Below, piece after piece: positions 1 to 10,000 of a stretch of 64,000 nt of DNA. Below the pieces are notes generated by a model. The model was not told where the DNA came from. It saw only the letters and a list, made by a program, of their open reading frames with translations, and made no database searches. The DNA lies in NCBI GenBank assembly GCA_029717555.1, contig JAMDHS010000095.1, positions 1 through 64,000 of the forward strand, read 5' to 3'. Numbering within the stretch: position 1 is the first letter of the stretch; each line of letters starts with the position of its first letter. A program made the translations under genes and the position numbers. Source of the stretch: Peribolospora baueri (lineage: Eukaryota).

Positions 1-2
<2 letters not shown>

Positions 3-42
<40 letters not shown>
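3..42 (+). repeat. poly(A) tract, 40 nt
   Basis: Uninterrupted run of A from position 3 to 42, preceded by TT at the window edge. Confidence 0.95.
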
Positions 43-45
<3 letters not shown>

Positions 46-872
46 AGCGATACGGGTGGCTTCTGGAGACGCATGCATCTTATTCCACTTCTTCGGCCGC
101 TCTTGCGAAGGCAGAGAACAACTTGGTTCCTTTTCGGGGGTAGGAGCAAGTTCTGCCCCTGGCGCTCTCTCGTTCTCCAATGCGTTGCGCCTCAACATCT
201 GCACGACGACTCCCGGCCCTAGAACGAAGCGGAAGCGCATGAGCACTGAGTTCGGGCTTCAGTCAAAGTGGCTTTGAGCGAAAGACGCCAGAGCGGTCAC
301 GCCGGGGTCGGACCATGAATAGGTTGGCGTTGGCGTCGACTTGGCCGGATGTGCTTTTTCCCGAGGTCAACGGACGGACATAGTCCTCCAGGATAGACCG
401 CGTGAAGGAGAAGCAGCAGAGAGGAAACTGTCAGGAAGGTTCGAGGCTAGCTTTGGCTCCTTCCTGCTGAGGCACCCTCGCGAGTTAGTTTTGAGCTCTC
501 GTCGCACCTCATCCCTCCACTTTGCGAGGAAAAAGATTCCAGTCCTCGCAACGCCCCCGGCCCCGGATGTGGCATGTTGCGACAGGCACTCGAGCAGTGT
601 GCGTCTGCGAACCAAGCTCCCCTGGGTTCAGGGACCATACGACTTGAAAAAGTGGTAGTTTGTCATGTCTGCGTTGCTTGTGGGCCTTGCATTACGCGGG
701 TGCGAAATACGAGACACCACCTCGAGCCTTCAATGATGTGAAGAGAAGACGGACCTGCTGGAAAAGAACCAAAGCGCCGCATCCAATTCCACATTCCAGT
801 CATAGTCAACTGCAGTCTAGAGTGCGCAAATGGAGTCCAGGCGGTGTCGGGTCGAGTTCTTGGGATCCCTGG

Positions 873-3048
873 TTACAGATCGTCGTCCTCTCTGTCCCAG
901 GGCCCATATGTGGCGGCCTGCAGTTCCACTTTAAGAACCGCATAAAGTCCGCCGGCTTTCGCCGTTCTATGCGCGGCCCGTACACCCTCGCCACCTTCCT
1001 CAGTCGAACCGGTCTCCTCATACGAGTAAATGTCCTCCTCTTCGTCTCCCGCTCGTAGGTCTCGTAACACGTTCGCTTCGTCTCTCGAGATCTTTGCCCA
1101 CGCGCGCGGCGCCTTCCCATAATCAAGGAGGCTATGGAGCTGCCCGACGGTTTCCAACGTCCTGCAGGGTTCGCCAAACACCCACGCCACCTCGCCGAAG
1201 CTTGGGGCCTGCGCATAGGGCGGTCGAACTCTCTTACGCTCCCATAGCTCGACGCTCCAGAAGAAGTGAGCGTGAAAGCTGACGTGGCGGAGATTGGAGA
1301 AACGCGCGAGGGCACGGGCAATACCGTACTTTGGAAAAACCGCGGATACGTAGGGGTAAGGTGGGTCGTCGACGACCGAGAAAAGCGAATGGTAAGGGTC
1401 CGTGGCGACTGGTGACCGACCGACGCGGAGGATGATGTCCGCAGAAGACGGAAGAAAGGGAAGCCACCCGTCTTCGCGGGAGGAGTAAAATGGAAGCGAA
1501 GCGACTCAGTCGTTTCGTAGCTTACGGCTCCCAGCTCGAGCTCTTGCAGATTTGGGCAAGACCTGGCGAGACTGGCAATGTAGTTCTCGTCGACATACCT
1601 TTTGGGTTTGTTCTTGCTCCCCCATGTGACCTTGCCTTCGTCGTCTTCTCGCCAGTTCGTGCCTTCTCCGGCTCCGTTTCGCCCATTGGCCGCTTCACAC
1701 GTAATGGCGAGGCTTCGCAGTGCGGGTAAAGAGCCGGCGACGTGCCGCAATAAATAGGGCGCCTGTGCGTTTCTTTTCTGCCGTATGAAGAGACGGGAGA
1801 GGTTTGGTGGAGGATGGGAGAGGATGGCTCGAGTGGAAGCAAAGTTGCCCTGTGCGGGGAGCGAAGGGGTAGCACAGACGGTAAGAGACGGGCGAGACGG
1901 AGAACAAACGAGATGAATGAAAAGCCGACGTCAGCAAAAATGTACCGCACTCGAAGGGCCCGCAGGTTGGGCACCGTTTCGAATGCTTGAAAAAAGTCTC
2001 CGTCGAAGATCCGTCCCAGCTCGACACTCTCCAGGGCGGGCGAGTCGCGCCAAAAGCCGTGCGCCTGAGAGGGATCGGAGATATCGAAGCCGTCGAGGAT
2101 AAGAGAGGTCAGGTGAGGAAACCTGCGGGAGAAGAGGCCGCCTCTCGCCGAGGCGTCGATTTTGTCCAAACTTCCTTGGTATTGTAGCTCGAGGGTGCGG
2201 AGACCGGGAGAGGACGCTTCTAGGTTGTCGAAGAACGCACTTAGGCCCAAAGCGGGCGGGTCGATGTCGTCTGCTGCCGAACGAGCGACGGTGAGCGGAG
2301 GAAAGGAGACCACATCTGGAGGAAGGGATGTGATGCTGGCCTTGGAATCGCCACCATCCTATGCAAAGTGTTTCCAGTGCCTACGCGCCCGTGCCAGTGA
2401 GGGTTAGAGGAGAGCAACGGAAACCGTTTATGAGTCGGATGAGGAAGACATCTATCTGCCGAGTCACACACGACGAAGCCGACTGTCTCACCTTGAGCTG
2501 AATATGAGAGAACTCTGTTGTCCAGTCCCTCTCCTCCTCTGCCAGTCCGCTGATTCTGAGCTCCTTCAACCGGGGGCATTGTTTGGCGAGAGACGGGAAA
2601 AAGTTGACAGGGAAAACGTCGCATTCTTCATTAAAAAGGGGGAATCGGCTCTCAAGCTGGCGCCTGGACAGATGCAGAGTGAGGGAGGTGAGGTTGGGAA
2701 GGAAGCCGGCGGCGACGAGATCGGCGAGGTCGCGCACGGGCCGTGCGTCCGGAGGGCACTTTTCCAGCGGCGCTTGCAGACGAAGCCGGCGAAAGTGATG
2801 ACCGAGAGGCACGCCATCGAGCCCAGCGTGTCCTAACTTATCGAGCACGGCCCGCGCGCGCGCAAAGTCCGGTCCAAGGCGTAGGTCATGGTATAGGATG
2901 TCGGGGAGGAAGGCTTTGGAGAGGTGACGAGAAGTGAGGCCCAAAGCGAGCAGACCGCGGGTGCCGTCGACGCGAAGCAAGTGATGCGAAAGCGGACCAG
3001 AGGATTTCCGGTGGGAAAAGATTCGAGCGAGGCTACGACGGCGGGCAT
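873..3048 (-). CDS. F-box/RNI-like leucine-rich-repeat protein, multi-exon; 5' end appears frameshifted (possible pseudogene or sequence error)
   Basis: Spliced ORF segments give repeated LRR units: FLPNLTSLTL, CPRLKELRISG, SPGLRTLELQY, FPHLTSLILDG, SPALESVELG, VPNLRALR, LPALRSLAIT, CPNLQELELG, FSNLRHVSF. An F-box-like start, LESF/PPEILW...LLALGLTSRHL, is spread over different frames. GT-AG introns lie at about 2380-2491, 1851-1948 and 1330-1525. The last exon ends WDREDDDL* at 873. Confidence 0.7.
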
Positions 3049-4216
3049 GGTATGGTATGTTGATCGAATGGGGTCGGTGGGAGTATCGTCGTCGTCGTTT
3101 GGGTTGCACATGGCAAGATAAGTGGAATACTGCGCCAACTTACGTAACGTCCGCACAGACGACACATAGGTTCTGTACGTCGACGGGGGATTTCGTGGCC
3201 AGTGGAGTCCAGGGCGTTGGCGTTGGTAACCCTGTGTAAGGATACCTCAAGTGAAGATGGTGGCAGAAGGATCGATTCCATGGTGATCCACGCACGGGCC
3301 TCTAACGATCACATGACCTAGCCTGTGTGGGATCTATTTTCCCCTTCCCTACTGCTCACCATCGCATGTCCCTTCTTAGAGTAGGACCCGGCCCTTTGGG
3401 CGGAGCGACGGCCGATGGGGGGCGCATCACGACACGACAGGTACGTGACATTGACATAAGCAAATGTTATGACATTTATTATTATTATACTTGTATGTCG
3501 GCCAGCGTACGCTCTCTGAACATATCGCGCGGATCGTGGCCCATACGACGTGACGCCGCTTGCTGTTTTTTACCGCGTCCTCCTTCGTCTTGCCCGACCC
3601 TGCCTTTCTTTGCATTTGAGAGTGAGCGCAACGGCTCAGGTTCACGATCTCCAATCCTCCCTCGATATGCGCTTTTTTTTGTCCAATTCCAAATGTCGTC
3701 GTCTCCCATCCCAAGACATCACGTCACGCCACGGGTGACGACATGTCGAGTTCTTAAACAAATCACTAGCTGGCGGTCAAAGGTTTGGCCGATGACCGAT
3801 GACTGAACATGGAGCGAGTTCGCCAAACCTAGGACCTAGTATACATGGAAAGATGATGGGTGCTTGAACGAGATGGATGAGGTTCGCGTTGAACGCGTGG
3901 TATCTCGAATGGGAAGGATGGGCGAAGAAGGGCAAGCTGGATGGATGGACAGTCGATGGGAGAGAAAGATGCTAAGAACGGCGCGACGGGAGGGATGGAT
4001 GGATGCCTTGATGATGAGGGAGCGCGAGTGAACGATGGGACGTACGGGAACTAGGTAGGAGTTGGAGCAAGAGAGACACGAGAGCGGAGGGACAAAATGA
4101 AAAAAAGTGGGGCCGAGCTACAAGAGGGGGGGGACGCGAACGATGAAGAGGGAGGTGAAACCGGATGAAAAGTGCCGAAGTAGACGGAGAAAAAAATACC
4201 AAAACAAAACAACGAG

Positions 4217-7045
4217 TCACTGGTAGCGAAGCATGGCTCGCTGCCACTGCTCGACGCCGGGAGCGCCGACGTTGGCGAACGCCGTGGACTGGTACGGACC
4301 CGCGGGCTGTGAGGAAGAGGGATAGAGGTGGCCGTGCTGATGGGGGCACTCGATCGCCTGAGGCTGGACCTGCAGCTGCTGACATGGAGGTGGAGTGTTT
4401 CGAAGACAGAGCTGAGAGAGGGCTGGCATCGACACGGCGGTGACGGAGGGATAGACGGGCTCGGCGGCGAGCGATGTCGCAGGAGGGAGCGCGTACATGC
4501 TCGGCGCGTGGGTTTGAGCCGCGTCGGCGTAAGCGGGCATGGAGGGGAAGGGGATCATGGACGTCGAGGGGATGGGCGCCATGGAGACGACGACCTGAGG
4601 AGAGTGGTGGGAGAACCGTGGCGGTCCAGCGACGGCCGCGGGAGCGTAGCCTTGAGAGGGCATACCGTATTGAGACTGCGACTCGAGCTGCTTCAACCGG
4701 TGGTCCTGCGCTTCGCGATGCTTGATGGCGACGAGCGATCGAAAATGGAGCTGCTGCTCGGCGGCGTTGGGAGGGATCTGGTTGGCCGAGTAAGGGGCCA
4801 TAAGGGTCTGCGGGACGGGGTGCATCGCATGAGCGGTGAACAGCGGCGCTGGAGGTTGCAGCCGGGTCTGGTACACCACCGACTGCGACTGGCCTACAAA
4901 GGCTGCGAGGCGGTGGAAAGCGGAGGCGGAAGCGGAAGCGGAGACCGAGGGCGCGAAAGCGGACTGCGGCGTCGCCTCAGAGAAGCGAGGCGCCGGACGG
5001 GGCTGAGGCCTGTCGCGCCAACCGAGGACCGAGGTGGAGCCACCGGAGAGCGTCCTAGGCCGGACGTTACCATTCTCATCCGTCGCGATCACGGCCATGC
5101 GCTTGTTGGGAGGCGGTTGGGCATCGCCGCCGGTTGGATGATCCGAAGTGGTGAGTTGGCCAAAGGCTCTCTTGACAGAGGCCAACATGGATGCGGTGGA
5201 GGAGGACCAAGTGCCCGCGGAGGAGGGTCGCGACGAATCGTACATGTGCGGGGAGGCCGGATACGATGGCGGCACGGGGAGGCACCGAGGCTGCTGCGGC
5301 AAGCCATATTGGCCGTAGATCGAGGAGGGAGGGGAGAGTGGAAAGGGAACTTTGGCGACCGGCTGAAGAGAGAGCTGGGGTTGCTGCTGATTCGCTCGAG
5401 CGATGGCAGGCGAGCCGTACGGCGAGGGCGTCGCTGCGAGACGACCAGCCGGCGGACCAACGGTGGCGGCGTACAAGGGATCGACTGGAGCATGCGAGAG
5501 ACCAAAACCGAAATGGGTCGGCAGCTTGCGCACCCTCTCCCTCCGCTGCAGTTGCTGCGCCCGAGCCTGAGAGAGGCCGTCCAAGGTGCCGAGCCACTCC
5601 ATGTACATCGTCTCCGACACGTAGAGGTTGTTCTCGATGCCGTTCCAAAACTCGGTCTCCATGCGATTGATGTCCCGAAGCTCGATACCGGAGACGTCCT
5701 GCCACGTCTTGGCCATGTAAGTGTGGTCGTCGAGAAACTTGTTGGCAAGCATCAGAGCGGTGATGGACAGTCGAAACTCGGAGCCAGGCTGGCCTTGTAT
5801 GTGAGGATGGCGAGACTTGAGGCGGTGAACGTAGAGCAAAGCGAGGAGGACGACAGAATGAGAGAGTTGGGTGGCGCTGAGGATGTCGTTCATGAACCTG
5901 ATGAACTCGGGCGTGGGGTGGAAGGGGGCGCTCTCCCCGGCCGCTGGTGTAGGCACGACCAGGACGGAACCGTCGTCGCCGTTGGGCGACGTCGGAACGC
6001 TGATGGACTGTCCAGCGGCGGCGGCGGCGGCGTCGATCGAATTTGACCACGACTCGGATGCGAGCGGCAGAGGGGCGTTGTAAAGAGAGGCGAGCGAGGT
6101 CGGAGGGCTAGCGGAGCCGAAGCGGAGGTAACGTTGCTTGCTCTTGGAGGGCGCGAGGGGCTGTACGACGCCGGAGGAGAACCAAATGTAGACGATCATC
6201 TGGGCGGCAAACTGGGCGAGCTCGGAGGCCTGTTCCTTGGTCTGAGGAGCCGAGGCGGCACTGGCGAGGCCGTTGGTCGACGTGGCGGCCATGGCGGCGG
6301 CAGTGTCGGTGACGGAGCGGCCGGAGGGGGCGGCGGTGGAGGTGGAGATTTCGACCGTGGGAGGCGGCCGGCCGGCCTGGTCGGCGTGGACGGTGAGCGC
6401 GGCAGGAGGGACGGTCGACGTCGGAGCGAGCCACCACTGCTTCTGGTCGGGCTCGATCACGGTGGCTGCTACTTGACCGCTCGCCCAGGGCTGGTGAGAC
6501 CATGCCGGGGAGGAGCGATGGTGGCGAAGGTGTTGGGCGGTGCGCTGAGCGGCCGCCTGTGCGGTCCAAGGGGAACGGGAGGAAGGGGAGAGGGCGTGGC
6601 AGCTTCGTCGCGAGCCGAGCCGCGGAGGCGATGCGCCGACGGGTCGCTCCGAGTGACCGCGGGTGCCGAAAAACTGCGAGAAGGACGGCTGACCGAAGGA
6701 CTGGGCGGAGGAGAGGCGGGACTGGTGGAAGGCGGCGAGCGGCGGGTGGTTGGAAGGAGAAGGAAGAGCGTGGGTCTGGAAAGCGACGCCGTTGGACGCG
6801 GACGCCGGGAGAGCCTGTGCCTGTTCCCAAACCGGGGCGATGGCGGCGGCGGCGGCGTCTGGAGCGGAGGACCAGGTGGCGACGAAAGGGGGCGGTCTGA
6901 AGTAGAAGGGGGAGGAGGCAGAGGGGTCGTTCATGAAGTAGGTGGGAGAACGAGCGGCGTGGAGGGAGGAGGCGGACGTCGACGGTGCATCGAGAAAGGT
7001 AGACTCGGGGGGAAAGGGGTGAGGGTAGACGACGGTGGCGGTCAT
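4217..7045 (-). CDS. Pho80/Pcl-family (Clg1-like) cyclin, 942 aa, intronless
   Basis: The cyclin box reads PTPEFIRFMNDILSATQLSHSVVLLALLYVHRLK...GSEFRLSITALMLANKFLDDHTYMAKTWQDVSGIELRDINRMETEF. It is preceded by LAQFAAQMIVYIWF and flanked by long P/S/Q/A-rich low-complexity arms. Confidence 0.9.
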   Translation of the reverse strand: MTATVVYPHPFPPESTFLDAPSTSASSLHAARSPTYFMNDPSASSPFYFRPPPFVATWSSAPDAAAAAIAPVWEQAQALPASASNGVAFQTHALPSPSNHPPLAAFHQSRLSSAQSFGQPSFSQFFGTRGHSERPVGASPPRLGSRRSCHALSPSSRSPWTAQAAAQRTAQHLRHHRSSPAWSHQPWASGQVAATVIEPDQKQWWLAPTSTVPPAALTVHADQAGRPPPTVEISTSTAAPSGRSVTDTAAAMAATSTNGLASAASAPQTKEQASELAQFAAQMIVYIWFSSGVVQPLAPSKSKQRYLRFGSASPPTSLASLYNAPLPLASESWSNSIDAAAAAAGQSISVPTSPNGDDGSVLVVPTPAAGESAPFHPTPEFIRFMNDILSATQLSHSVVLLALLYVHRLKSRHPHIQGQPGSEFRLSITALMLANKFLDDHTYMAKTWQDVSGIELRDINRMETEFWNGIENNLYVSETMYMEWLGTLDGLSQARAQQLQRRERVRKLPTHFGFGLSHAPVDPLYAATVGPPAGRLAATPSPYGSPAIARANQQQPQLSLQPVAKVPFPLSPPSSIYGQYGLPQQPRCLPVPPSYPASPHMYDSSRPSSAGTWSSSTASMLASVKRAFGQLTTSDHPTGGDAQPPPNKRMAVIATDENGNVRPRTLSGGSTSVLGWRDRPQPRPAPRFSEATPQSAFAPSVSASASASAFHRLAAFVGQSQSVVYQTRLQPPAPLFTAHAMHPVPQTLMAPYSANQIPPNAAEQQLHFRSLVAIKHREAQDHRLKQLESQSQYGMPSQGYAPAAVAGPPRFSHHSPQVVVSMAPIPSTSMIPFPSMPAYADAAQTHAPSMYALPPATSLAAEPVYPSVTAVSMPALSQLCLRNTPPPCQQLQVQPQAIECPHQHGHLYPSSSQPAGPYQSTAFANVGAPGVEQWQRAMLRYQ

Positions 7046-7099
7046 GGAGGAGTTGAGGCGGGGGATGAAGGCGAGGCGAGGCGAGGTTGGGAGGTCGCC

Positions 7100-10000
7100 T
7101 TTATAGGGGAGAGGGAGGGTGTTTGAGTGTTGTGTAGTGTGGGTGTGTCTGCGTCCGTGCGTGTGTGTGTGTGTCGTGTGTGTCTGTATGACTACTATCT
7201 GTCTATCGCCTTATATCTTCCAGAGATCCGAGCAGACCGATGCGGCGTGGGCAGCGTGGCGTGACCGGACGCTCGCTCGCTCGCACTGGGGGCTGGCAGG
7301 CTGGCGGGCACCGACCAATTCCGGGGTTTGTGTCTCTGGTGGTGCTGCTTCAGCTGATGCTGGTGCTGGTGCTGTCGCTATCGCTGCTGATGCTGACGCC
7401 GCTGCTGCCAAACGCCTGCAGTCGCGCGCGTGCCGGATACGGAGGAGCGAAGAAGGGGGAAGGGGCTGTGGACGGACGGCAGAAGGCGGGGGCGAGACGG
7501 GGAATGAAAGGGAAGCGAGGGCGAGGAGGAGGATGGCAGGGGCAGTGGAGTGGACTGGAAGGACGCAGGAAGGGAAGGAAGGAGGGAAGGAAGGGGGCGA
7601 GGCGAGGCGAGGCGAATTAAAAGGCGGCGGCGAGGGCGAGGGGGGCGAGGAGGGAGTCGGAGATGGACATGGTGTGTGTGTGCGGTGCAACTGCAGGCTT
7701 GGCTTTGGTTAGATGGATGGATGGCCGAAACGAGGCAGGCAGGCGGCTCGGAAGGGGTTGATTGCGCTTAGTGGCGTGCGCAGTGTGTGTGGTGTGTCTC
7801 TGAATTGCACTCGCGGGCGGGCACTAGGTACTGTAGGCTCAACGTGGGTCGGTTGCCCGCGTCCGTGTGCGTGGAGCAGCAGGGCTGGAAAGGGAAGGAG
7901 GGAAGAAGAAAGAAAGGGAGGCGAGGTAGGCGAGGAGCACGGGCAGACGACGGGAGACGGGAGTGGCGGCAAGGCCGGGTGAGGGCGACGATGACGATGA
8001 GCGAGCGCGGGCCAGGAAAGGGAAGGCAAAGGGGGAGACATGGGGGCGCTGGAATTGGGAATTGGAATTGACTTGGAACTTGGTTGACGATGGCATTAAA
8101 AGGAGGGAAGAAAAAGGAGCCGTGGGAGGGACACGGTGGGCGGAGGCGGAGGCGAGGCGGGCGGCGGAGTCGGAAGGGATGGATGAGATGATGGATGGTG
8201 GTGGTCGGGTGGAGGGCCTTGTCTTGTCAGGGGACTCGGTCGAGTCGAGGATGGGCTTGGGCTGGATGGAAGGAAGGGGTTGGGTGGATGCTCGGGCGTG
8301 CGCTTGCGCTTGCGCTTACGGCGCGGGCGGTTGCGTCTGGCGGGGCTAGGGAGGAGCGGGTATCCAGGAAGGGTGGATGATGGGTAATTGGGTAGTTGGG
8401 TGGATATGGATGGAACTGGACGCGGACGCAGGTGGAACGAAAATCGCGGCGGGTTCTGTGAAACATGCGATGCGATGCGATCCGGCACGCGCACGCACCG
8501 CCTATGGCTCACCGATGGGCGGCGACGGGCGGCGACGTGGGGCGGCCGACGGAGGACGAGCTAAGCGTAGTCTGCCGGAGAGACGGCGACGGACACGGAC
8601 AGATTCGAGGAGACAGTCGAGGAGAGCGACGAGAGCGAGGAGGACGGGCGGACGGAGTGGACTGACCTAACCTGCTCACGACGGATGGACTACAGACGGA
8701 CGACGCACTGGGCGACGTCGGACCAACTCTAGCTGGCCAAGGCAAGTCAAGCCAGCGAGCGGCCACACCCAGACACAGACGCACACACACCAGACAGAAT
8801 TAGACAACACCAGATAACACCAGATAACATCAGTGGCGACCCGTGGTCAGACACCACCAGTCGCCGGCCCGACCCGTCAGCGCAGCGCACGCTCCCTCTC
8901 CTCGCTGCCCTTTGTGTCGCGCCCTCCCACCAGAGATGGGACGAGACACCGTTTTGGAAATACACATCCCCCTCCCTTTCCTTTCTTCCATCGCCACCCT
9001 CCTCCGCGCCTGCGACGACGGCAGGGAGACACTCGTCTCGGAGACGACTAATAGGGTGAAAAAAAGCAGAAAAGGGACAAAAAAGAAGAAAAACCTTGCT
9101 ACCGTTCGGCTTCGGGCTGGCAGGCGGGAGGGCGCGCGGGCGCGCAGGCCGATCGATCGCCTCCCACCTCCCGCGCACCGCGCCGGCGTGACCTCATGAC
9201 AAACGAACTCGAACTACCCTGGTTGGCGGGTGGAAACAACCGCGCGATGAACGGACGGATGAACGGACGACATACGTGTCATCCACGGAGCGGCGGAGGA
9301 GGGGTTCATTCAACGAGACATGCCCCGCCCTGCCAGCCAAGGCGGCCGCCACCTCGGCCTTGGTCCGGTTCGATGGGGGGCGCAGTCGAACGAACGAACG
9401 GACGAAGGAAGGAAACGAAACGAAACGAAACTGACAGTCACAGCGCAGTGCGTGGTGTGCCAAGGAACGACGGACGGATGGGATGGGATTAGATAGATGT
9501 ACACTACAACTGCGCGTAACCAGTCACACTAGTTGGGTAGGACGTGGGGCAATCGCTCATCAACATCATCATCGTCGCCTACCCCTCGTCAGACCCTCCG
9601 CCGCCCCCCGCCCGCCTCCGCGTCCGTGTCGCGGAACGAACGACAGCGGCGCGCCGGGACGGACGAAGGGCGGCGAAGGAGCGCATCGCGAGAGCGTTCG
9701 CGCTCTCCTTCTCGCGACGCAGAGCGGAGGCGCGGCAGGAGCCGATGACGACGCCCGCCCCCAAACAGGTCCCATCGTCATCGCATCGCCATCGCCATCG
9801 CCCGTTTTCTTCGCACCCACGCGACCACGATCGCGACGGATCGTAGCGTAGCGTAGGGCAACGCGACGAAACACAACCAAACACGCAAACACGGCCGGCG
9901 ACCCGGGCCGGCGTGGCATGGCATGCGTGGCGTGGCGTGGCGTAGCGTGGCGTGGCTGGCGTGGCGTGGCATGGAAAGGAAGGGAAGGAAGGGAAAGAGA

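Noticed and set aside
43..660. Short ORFs next to the poly(A) tract
   Set aside because: No recognisable domain or consistent exon chain, so I cannot support a gene or retroelement call.
4110..4219. Stop-codon read-through of the cyclin (TGA CTC) or cryptic PTS1 extensions
   Set aside because: The context is not the TGA CTA motif and the extension has no SKL-type end. The other stops I checked also lack it.
4328..7126. Long + strand ORFs (572 aa, 330 aa) antisense to the cyclin
   Set aside because: Shadow frames expected from high GC3. They are G/R-rich with no domain signature.
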